From: Leidyana gryllorum EB-2025a
Taxonomy: Eukaryota; Protista; Apicomplexa
DNA: 64,000 nucleotides
Direction of reading: 5' to 3'
Assembly: GCA_048772705.1 (NCBI GenBank)
Contig: JBLWGC010000035.1
Coordinates: forward strand, 248,001 to 312,000
A program made the translations under genes and the position numbers. The notes under the pieces are model-generated. The model had not been told where the DNA came from and ran no database searches. It was given only the letters and a program-made list of their open reading frames with translations. Numbering within the stretch: the stretch's first letter is position 1; each line of letters starts with the position of its first letter. Positions 10,031-21,879 of this stretch are shown here, piece by piece.

Positions 10031-10917
10031 TCAAACTACAATAGGATCTTCGGCAGTCGTCGTCGCTATCAGCTGTGCCAATTCTCCAGCGGGGCCTTGG
10101 GATTTGAGCACTTGTTGTTGATAGTTCACGAGTCCTTCGATAAAATTGGTCCAATTGAGTCCTCTGGGTACATAAAGGCACGGAACTCCAAGCTTCTCTG
10201 CCGTTCGAATATTGCGTCCCTCATTATCGTAAAAGAGAATTTCCGAGAGAGAGCAATGGGCGTCGGCAGCAATCCTGCGAAGATGTGTTGCCTTGTCTCC
10301 GGGATAGATTTCCGCAAAGTGGGCCAGTTTGAGCAGATTGACTCCCTGTGAGCCATCAGCGCAATTGGGGAGTCGGAGTATAGAGAGTATCTGGCGCATC
10401 CACTTTGGGTCGTCTGACCGAGAAGCATAAGCGACTCGCGTGTGGGGTGGAATAGAATCGAGGCCGTGCTGCGGCTCTGCCGTCAAAGGAGCCTCCGTGC
10501 CCTTCCGAATAGCATTTTGATGATCAGTCAGTCTCAAATCGAATTGCTGCTGATAACGTAACCAGTGCAGAACGGACATGGCTTGGGGGAAAGGTCTGAG
10601 AGGGAAGATATCAGGTCACGTAGCGTTCAGGTTCTCACCCGATGGACATTCCGCCATTCTTGTCAGTGCACGATGCAATGGAGCCGTCGGCCTCCTCTCT
10701 TTCTTGTCGGAAAGGGGGCCCACTAAAATATGAGCAATCGCCGTCGAGGCTGCAAGAGATATTTGTATGGTGGACGGATAGGCTCTACGTACATTGTGTC
10801 ATCAACATCGAAGACCACCACTCTCGGCAAGATAAATATCGAGTTGAGTTTGTCCTGCAGGTCAGCATTGCCGTTAAGGGCCTTTTTGTACGAGAAAGAG
10901 GAGTAATCAGTTGGCAT
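10031..10917 (-). CDS. MDP1: Magnesium-dependent phosphatase 1 (HAD family), 3 exons
   Basis: VVVFDVDDT (DxD), AYASRS, EIYPGDKATH, ILFYDNEGRNI, LGVPCLYVPRGL; two short GT-AG introns restore the frame. Confidence 0.88.
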
Positions 10918-10969
10918 TGTCTATTTTGTACAAATAATTGGTTTGATTGCCACTTTCACAACAAGTTGC

Positions 10970-11796
10970 TCAGAGTTTGACAAAAGACATGACTGAAACA
11001 CTCTTGACCAGACACTCATCCTCCTCATCAAAGTCGATGCCCTGATCGATTGCCTCGTTACGAGCCTTGGCCAATTCCGCACTCAGACCCACGCACATAA
11101 TGGCCCGGTTGATGTCCTCCAAGGCAACCAGCTCATCGATAATGATGCATCCCATGATGAGCGCACTCAAACCATAGAAGAGCGACTTGACCTCCCAAGA
11201 CTTCACCCACTGCAAGCCCTCAATCTCAATAGCTTGGATTTGCTTCGCCAAATCGTCCAAATTGATATCACTAGAAGTAGCGCGGATTTCGAGCGTCACG
11301 GTAGACTTGGCCACAATCTCCTTCTTGGGCTTCTTAGCCGCCTCGGCTTTCTGTTTCGCCTCGGCAGCCTTCTTCTTGAACTCCTCCGCAGCCTTAGCGT
11401 CCTCTTCGTCATCGCCTGAACACGAGTGATGATACCAGGAACTTAAATCCCCTACTTACTGCCGAAAAGGTCGTCGTCCGACTCCTCTTTAGCTGGGGCG
11501 GGAGCGGCGGCTTTTTGTTTGCAGCACTCCTTGGCACCGCAGGGGCTAGCCGCGGGCTTGGTGACCGTAGAGGCAAAGTTCTGGCGCTCCTCAGTGGTGT
11601 AAGAAGCGATAGTCTTGTACCAACGAGCGGCATAAGGGTACTTGGCCGCGTTAGGAGCACCAATCATCTTGGAAAAGGTAGCAGCGTCCTGCGACGAGGG
11701 CTGACCACCCTCAACGAAGGTGTGCTCAAGCATGTGGGCATTGAGCTTAGCCAATCCAACATCGGATTTCACGTTACCAAAATCAACAACAGCCAT
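10970..11796 (-). CDS. EEF1B: Translation elongation factor 1-beta, 2 exons (intron 11416-11459)
   Basis: LAKLNAHM, YPYAARWY, SDDDLFGS, AKSTVTLEI, IEIEGLQW, VKSVSVMSFVKL. Confidence 0.95.
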
Positions 11797-11952
11797 GGTC
11801 GAAGAGAGTGACTTAGTCTCTGTGCAGCCAGAAATTGGAGCTTTTTTTCGGAGGCGACTCGCCCCAGTCCGACGAAACAAAACACTTCTCGACGTGTCAA
11901 GGATGGTTGTTGAAGTCGCACAATAGCTATAGCTCAAGTTAATATAATTGGA

Positions 11953-13466
11953 ATGGCCGACAATCCTCCCCATGATTCCACTCGCAATTCGATGGACGTA
12001 AGCAGCCAGACGCGTCGGACACACACAGATTTCTACCGTTGAACATAAACAGTCGTCAGCGGAACCGTCATCCTCTGGTGACCCTGGCAGCAGCAACAGC
12101 TCCCAACAACAGCCGCCGCCGGCTCAGGAGTCGTTAACGCGGACTTTTACACGTCGTCATCGAAACGAGGACACTACCGGTCCAGCACTACTACGGCGAA
12201 CGATTAACCGCTGCATCAATAGGCTAACTACTGAAACCTTCCAACGTATCGGCGACGAGATTGTCGGTTACGAACAACGTCTTGCGTCGCCGGAAGAATT
12301 ACAGCTGGTCATCGATGTCATTCTCGACGCCGCCATCTCCGTAACACCCACATATGTCACCCCTACCGAGATGTTCTCCGATCTTCTGATGGTAACCGAC
12401 GATTGTTGTTTGGTGTGTGGATGTTCGTATCTCCTGGATTGCGATTCTTTGCCTTTGTGCGTGCACGAGTAATGAAACTTGACGCTTTTTGGCAGCTACT
12501 GAGATATCGGTGCCCCTTTCTATCGACTCCAACAAACCCTGAAGACCCATCGCCACTCCATGTCGCCCTTTCCCAAAAGCTGGCCCAGGAATACGCACAG
12601 TAAGGAAGCTTTCACAAACATGATTAGTGCTGTCGTGCAGCCTGCCCCTCTCCTTGGATGACCCTGTACAGAGAACTTCGCCCTTGGATTCCGAGGAGGA
12701 GGCTCGAGATAAACGCAAACGCCGTGTATACGGGCTCTTCCTCACGACCGGGCATCTGTTCAACCGATCTCTCGTTAATTCCACGCTACTACGCGAAGTG
12801 GTATTCGAGCATTTAAGAGGCTCGGAACGTCGTCCACTCCGCCAAGGAGTCCCCACTGACGAATATATAGAATGCATTTGTTCTCTACTATCTACCATAG
12901 GTGAGAGGCGAGAGGGTTGCCTTTGTCGGCTGATTACTAGCTTCCACAAGTAGGCCCTTATTTAGAATCCAGGCCAATGGGTCTCGGATTCGTGGCGGAT
13001 GCTGTAGACATTCTCCGGGATCTGCGTCCACAGATACCTGGTCGCGTTGGATTTGTTGTAGACGTAAGGGTTTGGCTCAACATGTTCCCCTGTGAAAACA
13101 CGCCGCTCTCTCTCCTCCAGGACTTATTGGAGCTGAGAGCGAGGAATTGGCAACCGGAACGGCGGCTTACTCGTACTACGAGCGATATTGACGGATATGC
13201 GCCCAAGGAAGACTTAGGAGTACGGCCGGGCCCGTATGCCAACTTTTTGCGACGGAGTTACACGATGTCAATTCCGGTAAGTTGTTCGACTTTGTTGTTC
13301 GTCTTGCTTTCGCTAATCACGGTCCCTCAAGCAAGAATCTCTTGCAGGGGTCAAAGTTGGTCGACACGGTGCAGAGCTTCGCAGCAGGCGGCGATCCATC
13401 CCATCTGTTGAGTGCGGCCCGCGTCCCCCGCCTGGTCCACAAGAGGTTTGCCAGGGGACAGTGTAG
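11953..13466 (+). CDS. MIF4G-domain (eIF4G-like) protein, multi-exon; 3' end approximate
   Basis: INRCINRLTTETFQRI, LVIDVILDAA, KRRVYGLFLTTGHLF, EYIECICSLLSTIG, DLLELRARNW match MIF4G helices. Confidence 0.75.
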
Positions 13467-13911
13467 CGACGACACTTACTCTTCTTGTTCAAACGACCAA
13501 TGGCTTTCGATGTTCAGAGTCCGGCATACGCTGATTACCTGATCACACAGGAGCGTCAGTGGGGCGCGGGCCTGGAGGGTCGGGTTTGCTCGTAAGTCTT
13601 CGCTGATTGGATTTGACTTGCGAATGTTAGTTTTTAGCTTCGCATACAGAGGAGAACGGCATATAGTGGTTTCATTTTCATCCCCGGAGATCGATCAACG
13701 ACACCTTTACAATCCCCTGGACCCCCCCAACGCAGCTTCGATGTCGTTATCACGATCATTGAGCGAAGATGAAGACATGCTGGGGCCGCCACGCAGCCCT
13801 ACTGCGGCTACTTTGTCCCCTGTTCGTCGTCCACAGACGCCCTATGTTCGCCCACCACGTGGATCTTTTGAGACAGATGATGAGTTCCAATGTCACGAGG
13901 AAGATGAGCAT

Positions 13912-14266
13912 TTATAGCTGGTCGTCGGCCGCTGCACGCATCAGTTTGAGGCACTCCATCGCCGCTGAGCCACTGAGTCGGCGGGCTGGTCTGAGCTCAG
14001 GAACGTACTCAGCACGAGCCATGGGTGTCAGTACCACTATGGGTTCATTCGCGGAAGCTTGAGGCGGAGGTGGAGGTGCAGGCGGCGGACTGGCATCTGA
14101 CGGCCTATAATTGCTCGGCCACATCTCAGTCAACAGTTCCAGCGGGTGCTTGTCAGCTGGCATATAGTTGGCAATCCTGTGAAGAAGGTTCACACTCATC
14201 ATGGCGAAATGGCACCTACCTGGGATCGCATTCCATTGAGGGCGGAGCAGGCGGACGCCGATTCAT
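13912..14266 (-). CDS. Small Pro-rich hypothetical protein, 2 exons (intron 14177-14219)
   Basis: ATG 14266 plus a canonical 43 nt intron gives a continuous 103 aa frame; TGCATGCA immediately upstream (14269-14276). No homology recognised. Confidence 0.45.
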
Positions 14267-14653
14267 AATGCATGCAATGTGGCAGCAGCAGGCAGCAGCG
14301 TGTTTGCTTTGATGCTCTCACTTGTCTCTCCCAGTACCATTGGGTGGGTCGCTCCATCGTTCGGTCACTTCTTACACATATCTGCACACTCCTACCCGTC
14401 TATAACTATATATATACACCATATTGATTCTGTACCATCCTTTTTGTTGAGCAATTGATCTCCAACGCCTGTAGAATTCTTTCTGCCTGTAGTCCGTAGG
14501 CCGTTATTGTTCGACGGGGAGGCTGATTGTGTCTGAAGAGTGGAGACGGACTGAGAGATCTGAACAACATCAACTCTATGCTTTGTGGCAGCTGCACGAA
14601 ATAGTTTGGGAGGGTGAAGGCGCGTGTGAGTTAACACAGGTTGCTTTTTCTTA

Positions 14654-15721
14654 TCAGAGCTCATCTGCGGGCGAGTCTGCCCACTTGCGTCTCCAATATG
14701 CAGAATTGACTGAATGCTTGAGGATGAGTTGTTTGAGGGACAACGGTGTTAGATCTTCGGGTTTGTGCGACAAAGGAATGGGATTATCATAGCCGTGTTT
14801 GGGCGTAAAGAAATGGATCTGTGGAACGCGATCGACTTTTAGGGGCGGCCAATGTATGTCATTCTTGGTGGCGTCGACTATGTAGTAGGCGAGTTTGCCA
14901 GGGGCTGCAGTTTGGTCCGCCATATGTGTCAATGCTTTTTGGACACGACGGCAGTGGCCACACCATGGGGCATAGAAGAAGACGAAGAACTCGTCCGGAG
15001 TGGCGCCGGGGAGGCCTTTGTTGACGCCTGTTTGGTGCCGTACCATAGCATGGAATCTTTGAGAGTTGATAGGATGCAGGGAGGAGTCGCTATATAACTG
15101 ATCAACGGGTTGATTCCGCAAGTAGGGCGTCAGAGTACCATTAAAGTAAGGACCAATGAGGTGGAATATCATACTCTTCTGAAACTCTTCTCTCTTTTCC
15201 TGAATATCGGCTTCCGGATCATTCAGTATATCAGCGAGAGGGAGCACATAGCGATTGAAACCGCCGAAAACGTCGAACAGTACCGCGGCAGGATACAATG
15301 TAGTCTCAAAGTCTTCGCCAATGACTGACCCGAAGCCATCCAGGAACTCTGGCTTTCCGACAGAAATGAAACTGAAACTGTTGGGATATGACGCCCGACT
15401 CAGCAATTCCAAAGTGGGAGAAACGACCTCGCCATGTTTCTCCGACTCGTGGAAGACAAAGAGAAAGCGCCCCAGGCGACTCTGCTTGAGATATTCCGAG
15501 CGAGCACCTTCCCATTCGTGGAATTCCGACCGGCCTCGCAACCTAATCACTCCCGGACCGATCGCACCCCAAGGGTGACGTGCCCCCACCTTTGACTCAA
15601 ATGCCGATTTCTTCGGGCCCTCCGTGGACCCCCATAGGAAATGCCGCACCAACAGATAACATAGCCCCAGAACGCAGATAACACGAATAGCAATATTAGC
15701 CGCTGCCTTGGGGCCCTTCAT
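14654..15721 (-). CDS. Protein disulfide isomerase family protein
   Basis: N-terminal hydrophobic segment, FFVFFYAPWCGHC active site, C-terminal ADEL ER-retention-like signal; start taken as MKGPK. Confidence 0.88.
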   Translation of the reverse strand: MKGPKAAANIAIRVICVLGLCYLLVRHFLWGSTEGPKKSAFESKVGARHPWGAIGPGVIRLRGRSEFHEWEGARSEYLKQSRLGRFLFVFHESEKHGEVVSPTLELLSRASYPNSFSFISVGKPEFLDGFGSVIGEDFETTLYPAAVLFDVFGGFNRYVLPLADILNDPEADIQEKREEFQKSMIFHLIGPYFNGTLTPYLRNQPVDQLYSDSSLHPINSQRFHAMVRHQTGVNKGLPGATPDEFFVFFYAPWCGHCRRVQKALTHMADQTAAPGKLAYYIVDATKNDIHWPPLKVDRVPQIHFFTPKHGYDNPIPLSHKPEDLTPLSLKQLILKHSVNSAYWRRKWADSPADEL

Positions 15722-15805
15722 TCGCGACCAGTCACCGAGTAGAAATTTGCACGGTATTCTCCTCCCGAGATTCCGCCACGATGCCGATTTGCTCTTCAAA
15801 CCAGA

Positions 15806-17482
15806 ATGGGCTGTAAGTGTTCAAAGGACGTGCGGAACCACCGGAAGGGAGGAGGGGTCCGAGATGTTTACAGGTAGGCAGTGGCAGTGCCTCTCTCATA
15901 ATCAATGACCCGCTCGCCAGAATTGGGAAACTGCTCGGCTCCGGAGCCTTCGGGTAAGCTTTCATCCCTCCCTCTGCCCCCTTTGAGGATCAATGCCTCG
16001 GTGCTGTCTCTCATCCATCCCTCACCACACCCTTGGCTCATCCCGTGCCCTCGTCCTGGCGGGTGTCGCCTCCGCTCCCCACCACCTCCCCCCCCGCCCC
16101 CTTTCCCGGAGTTTTGCAACCGGCGACTCACTGCTCTGCTCTATCCCGCAGGGAGGTCCGTGAATGTATGCGGCGGGATACTAAAGAGGTCTACGCCATG
16201 AAGATCATGCAGAAGACGCGCTCAGAGAATGAGCATTGGAGTAACGAAAATATGTTCAAACGCGAAGTCCAGGTGCTAAGCTTACTAGGTGAGATCCCGC
16301 TTGCAGCCGGCATGAGAAATCGACTGCTCGGTCAGACCATCCCAATATCGTCCATTACTATGACTTTTACGAGGATCGTGATTTCTTGTACATGGTGATG
16401 GAAAAGTGCGAGGGAGGGGAATTATTCGAGTCTATATTGCGCTTGCGCACCTTTCCCGAGAAGCGAGCAGCTCATCTCTGCTATCAAATGTTGCAAGCAC
16501 TAGCTTACGTTCATTCACAAGGGGTTGTGCATCGTGACATCAAGGCTGAGAACTTTTTGTTTAAGGTGAGCACGCACTCTCAGTCATGAAGGGTAATTCA
16601 CACTTCTTCACAGACAAACCTGCCGGACTCTCCGCTCAAATTGATCGATTTCGGAATGTCTGCTCGGGTAAGTCAAACAGATCATGCCAGAAAGTCAGGC
16701 TTTACCGCCATCCCATAGATCGCAGAAGACGAAACATTGACTGATGTATGTGGTTCTCCGCACTATTTATCGCCAGAGCTCATCAGGTGAGGTCCTCCCC
16801 GCCCTCTTCTCTCCTCACGCCCACATCAGGAGGCGGTACAGCTTCAAAGCTGATGTTTGGGCTTTGGGTGTACTTATTTATCTCATGCTGTATGGACGAT
16901 ATCCATTCGACGGCAACAATACCAGTGCAATAGTGGTAAGACATTCGTTAAACTCAGCCACGCCCGCTCCACGCTCATCTTCGCGGGACGATCGATCGAT
17001 TGATCGATCGCAAGTCGGGAAAACGGCAACAATGCTGATTTGGGCCGGCGCGTCTCTGTGTGTTTGTATATGTGTGCGTGTGTCTTGCGGCGCAGTAGTT
17101 CATCTCACTGTCCTCTTACATCAACCTCGTTGTGTCTTGCAGAAGGTCATATGCAGCAAAAAGGTGGAATGGCAAGTCGGAGATATTAGGGTCTCTGATC
17201 GGGCCATCAGCTTCATGAAATTGCTTTTGCATCGCAACCCCGATAAAAGACCCACAGCAGCGGAGGGTAAGTGTTGAGAGTGAGCAGTGAAGAAATGGTT
17301 GTGATTCTGCAGCGGCGCAACATGAGTGGTTGGCTAGCGCACGGAAGCGCCACGAGTCGATGGATCCCCCTGGGCTCTTACCTAAGCTCGCGAGTCAGCG
17401 CCGAAGTTCTGAGCGGTCGAATGGGGGGAACAAGTACGAGGCAGTGGAAGGAAAAGGGAAGCAACAAGTGAAAGTGCAGTAA
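15806..17482 (+). CDS. CAMK/CDPK-related Ser/Thr kinase without EF-hands, multi-exon
   Basis: MGCKC N-terminus (acylation-like), LGSGAFG, YAMK, CEGGELF, HRDIKAEN, LKLIDFG, CGSPHYLSPE, DVWALG. Confidence 0.92.
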
Positions 17483-17891
17483 TTCTCGGCTGAATTCTGC
17501 TTGAATCGCTACTCACACGATCTGATTATACATACGAATATAGCAGCACCCCGCCGCCTCCAGCCCCCTACCAAATGACCGTACTCTCTCCACTCATTCA
17601 CACGCGCTTCATCTCACTCTGCTACCCCCTCCTCTCATCCCCACCTTTTCACTCTCATCTCATTTCTCTCCGCCTCTGTCTCCGTCTGTCTTTATTCGCA
17701 CACACTGGCTGTCTGGTGGTCACGCATGATATATATTCCAGAGTGCGTGTCTGTCTTTCTTCCTTTCTGTCTGTCTATCTCGCCTCTATGTCTATCGATC
17801 GTTCCATCTGTTCCCATCTACAACGTCCGAATAATCGGCTGATTGGTCGTCGGTTGGAGCGTATCGTGTGTGTCACCGAAGATGGATAGTA

Positions 17892-18601
17892 TTACGCTGA
17901 CGGCTGTGTGGCTGCTGCGCGCCTGCGTTCTTGAGCTTCTTTCCTCTTCCTGGCTGCGGCAGCTTTGCGATCCTCCACATTGGCTGGTTGTTGGCTGTCG
18001 GGGAGCAAAGGTATAAAATCGTTCTTGTATTTCTCGATCCAAGTCTGGCGCCATGTTTCCACTATCGGGCCACCTGTGGATTGAAAGCGAGCGATTCGGC
18101 GGCCCAGCGCGGCCAGTTCAACTGGTTCCTCAAACACCATCTGTGTGGTAGAATTTGCTGTCCGAGAAATGCTTCATACCTGCAGGAAACTCCTGTACAT
18201 TTGTAAAACTCGGTCATACCACTCCAATTGGACCTCCTCCATAACCACTACCAACCAATCAATCAACAACTCACTCACTCACAATCACAAACCAAAACGT
18301 GCACGCAACACAAATACACGGTGGAACACGCCCGCCAACAACCAGCCGGTACACATTCGGAAGCGACAGTGAGTCAGCCGGATGACAGACACAGACACAC
18401 ACAGAGAGAGAGAGAGAGAGAGAAAGAAGGGAGATACACAACATAGAGAATGAGAGAGAGCGAGCAGCATGATGAGAATTTCGCAGTGAAAAGAGATCGT
18501 TCCCCCAAGCGATCAACTACTGATCGACCTCGGGTATGATCGATCCATTATGCTTCTCGCCCAACATTACAAAGCTGCAGCGCTCAACGAACAACCCACA
18601 T

Positions 18602-18632
<31 letters not shown>

Positions 18633-19206
18633 CTTCTACCCCAGCGGCTTCCCGCTCACGTGCCATATCATCAACAGTGGGGAACTTGGCGACATTGTGA
18701 AGGAAGAATTGCCACAAACTCTTGTCGTGGTCTGACTTTTCCGGATTGTATAACAAGTCCAAAGCTCTTTGGCTCTTGCTCTCTTTCTTGCCAACCTCAT
18801 CGGCTGGAGGATCTGCAGCAGGTTCTGGTTCGGCATCGCCCTCATCTGTTGGGCCACCGCCGCTCGTCGGTTGGAAGTCTTCTCCGTCATCCATAGCCCT
18901 TAAAGTCGGTCAGATGGAAGGTTAGATTCGCTTTGCTTTGCGTGACGAAAAGGAAAAGAGGGGGGAATATATATCTGTAGACAGAGAGACAGACTGTAAC
19001 TACAGTATTCTGGACTTCAGTCGAAAGTATGCCTGGAGTTTCTCCTCCCGTTCATAGCGATGCACAATGCGACACATCAACCTCACCGCCTGAGCTCGTG
19101 TCCGGTCCACTAACCGCTTCCGTTCACTTTGTAGTACCGATACAAGCAAAGCCACGTTCCTCACCCCTGAAGGAGTGACTGTAAACACCTCCTCACTCGT
19201 AGCCAT
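17892..19206 (-). CDS. Multi-exon hypothetical protein (exon structure uncertain)
   Basis: Co-oriented coding-like segments (19000-19206, ~18660-18894, ~18180-18243, 17892-18140) separated by GT-AG or microsatellite-rich spacers. Confidence 0.45.
18403..18422. repeat. (AG)10 microsatellite
   Basis: Directly visible. Confidence 0.9.
18602..18629. repeat. (CA)14 microsatellite
   Basis: Directly visible. Confidence 0.9.
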
Positions 19207-19232
19207 TGTGTGTTACCAGCACTCGATAAAAA

Positions 19233-20834
19233 ATGGGCTCAGCCATATCCTGCCATACGTCCTCCAAAGACAGCCCACAACACAACCGCGTCGACAACAA
19301 CCCCCCTCGCCCACGTACACTACAAACACTCTTAGACTCGATCAAAGACACACAAACTCACGAATGGCTCGCTGCCCTCCTATCTCCAGACTCCCTTACC
19401 ACCCCTCTCGGTGAGTTTAGCTCATTCGCCTTGGGAGCCTATCATCAGTGCGACTGTCCGATCATTGCAGGAAATTGGTTGGCTACGACTTCCACGGCCG
19501 CGCTGCTCGATAGACTCGCAGACATCACTTCCCCTTCCAACTTTCGAGCACTATACTCTCTCTACACCCAGGCAGGCGTATTTCGAGATGTTTACATCTC
19601 AGACCCCAACGAATGGCAGTATGTATTGCTCAACGTCAACGCCTATCCACTATATCAACATCAGAACCTTCCCCAAAGTGCCTGCCAAGATTGTCCAGCT
19701 GCTCCCCGTGCTCACTGACCCCGGCACCGGGCTGGTCGCCACTCTCAGCAAAAACGTCAGCCGAGTGGAAGGGGACGTGACCCTCACACCCCGCCCAACA
19801 CCCCCCCTCAAAACCAAGACTCTTAATAACTCCATGCTATTCATGGTATGAAATCCCATTCACCAACTTCGGCCCACCCACTGCCACATAGCTTTCGCTC
19901 GCCTCCCTGAACCTTCAGAGCGCTCTCATCGGTGCAGAACCGGTACTACTATTTTCAATTGACCTCTGCGGTAAAGCCTCAGGAATACTGTACATCCGTT
20001 GCCAACCCTCTCCTTCAGGTCATAGCTGGATCCGATTTGTTGATGCCATCGACTGCTACCCGGCTCCAGTCCTCCTCGCTCTCAAATCCAAAGCATTAGA
20101 GAGTCACCCAGCCAACATCTTCGGTGCATATATCCCGGGGTAAGGCGCAATATTGACAGCATCCGACGACCCTCTCTCCTCTCCAGAGGAATACAAGAAA
20201 CCGCCACTAAGTATGGAGGAGCTGCTGAGACCTTCCTGTGGGGTTTCCAGCCTGAACTCAACGTCTGCCAGTGAGCGAACATGTCTGAGACCACCAAATG
20301 ATCACTTGAACGCAGTACTTCGGGTCTGAGCTCCAAATATGTCATGCTCAACAAGCAGTCACAGTTTGCTCCGACGGGGTTGGGCTTCGGTGGCCAGCCG
20401 GGAACATTCAGACTCTACCTCTCAGCTGATCTACACAATTCGACCATTTGTATCAGTGATGCCACGTACAAAGCCGGAGCTATTGTTGACATGACTGACC
20501 AGGAATATGGTGACGACTCCTTTCAAAAGGTGTTACCCATCGAAGAAGTCGAAGTTTGGGGGCTTGGCACAGAGGCAGATCTACAAGAGCAACAATACGC
20601 AAAACAGCGGGATGAAGAAGTGAGTAAATGAGTTCTGCACAACCTTTGAGAGTATTTCATGGCAAATTTGGACAGATTCGCGAAGACAGAAGAAAAGTTG
20701 ATCGAGCCCGTATGGCTGACAATGCATTTGATCGCGAGTATCTGCTGGGACATGGTGGTAAAGGCGGTGAGCGCGAGGGAGAGGTGCAAGCAATCTTGGA
20801 AGAAAGACGAAGGGGCAAAGGCAATGCAGAGTGA
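19233..20834 (+). CDS. TLDc-domain protein (MEAK7/TLDC1-like), multi-exon
   Basis: MG start; GHSWIRF, NIFGAY, YGGAAETFLW, GLGFGGQPGTFRLYLSADL, IEEVEVWGLG. Confidence 0.85.
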
Positions 20835-20889
20835 ACAGACAGACTATCAGACAGACCCATTGATTGAGATCCTTCCTACTGCCCCATTC

Positions 20890-21780
20890 CTAACCCAGGA
20901 TATCGAGACGTTTCTTCAGTACGGGCAGCGTACTGCCAGCCGGAGGTCCCAATCTATTGCCACTGCAGATGGGCGAAACCAATGTGGTTCGAATCTCCCG
21001 GCGGCGAGTCGGATATTCTTCTTCGGCTTGGCTCTTCCGTAAACACTTGTGTCGGCGTTGACGATCACAGTCTCCTGCCGTCGGAGCGTCCAAGTGCACT
21101 CTGTGCGATCTTGCTAGGCTAGGCGGAAGGGCCGGGGGCAGTCCTGGCACAGTCTTGGACACTGTGGAGCCTGTGGAGGCCGAGGAAGCTACCTCCGTTG
21201 GTCTCAGGAAGCTAGCCTGACGAGCAATATATTGTTTTTCGGCTTGCGTCGCCTTCTTGAAAAGCTGGGCCACACTTATGGTGCCATCTATGGCATCAGC
21301 CTGCAAGACGGTGGAGACCGAGGGAGGAAGAAGATGAATGTACGCCCTGCAAGTGATCTGGTGCATGAAGGGGTCTTCAAGCAACCATCTGTAGTTCACT
21401 GTTCCAGTCGGCTGGTCGCGGTTGGCTGCCATACTCAATGCATCGGTGAATTCCAGAATGTACTTGTTTGCTTCCTTCACTGATCGCATGGGAGGTCTGT
21501 TGAACACTTCAGCCACATATAGAGCCAGAAAACTCTGAGTTCCGAACCAATCTCTAAAGAAACTATCGCGTACGTCTCTGTAGGATTTGCCCTGGTAGCT
21601 GAATCGATTGGACATGATACGCGACAGAGGCAGATGCTTGATAAGCTGTGCAATTCGTTCTTCATCAGAATGGATGTCTGCATCACTCAGCGCACGTTCA
21701 AAGCGTAGTAACCATACATCTGTCTCGAATGGGGTCTGCACAGTGAGTGGATCCGTCAAAAGAGCGTGCTGCTTGGTCAT
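20890..21780 (-). CDS. Stand-alone retrotransposon Gag capsid-like protein
   Basis: Intact intronless 296 aa ORF whose first ~185 aa are colinear by eye with the Gag of the element at 1-2994; no zinc knuckle, protease, RT or LTR. Confidence 0.65.
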   Translation of the reverse strand: MTKQHALLTDPLTVQTPFETDVWLLRFERALSDADIHSDEERIAQLIKHLPLSRIMSNRFSYQGKSYRDVRDSFFRDWFGTQSFLALYVAEVFNRPPMRSVKEANKYILEFTDALSMAANRDQPTGTVNYRWLLEDPFMHQITCRAYIHLLPPSVSTVLQADAIDGTISVAQLFKKATQAEKQYIARQASFLRPTEVASSASTGSTVSKTVPGLPPALPPSLARSHRVHLDAPTAGDCDRQRRHKCLRKSQAEEEYPTRRREIRTTLVSPICSGNRLGPPAGSTLPVLKKRLDILG

Positions 21781-21879
21781 GAAGGCTGTCTGGGATCAAG
21801 CACACGTGTTCGATAGCATTAGTATAGGGAGCGCAGAGTGTGGGTGTGGGGAAAAATTTGGTGGCGCCCTCGCGGGATA

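Noticed and set aside
13741-13917. 58 aa plus-strand Ser/Pro/acidic ORF
   Set aside because: Coding-like composition but too short and without homology; not called, though it may be real.
21862-21878. TGGCGCCC... as a tRNA-Lys PBS for the solo gag
   Set aside because: Wrong strand relative to the gag ORF and only 8 nt match; better read as an E2F-like promoter motif.
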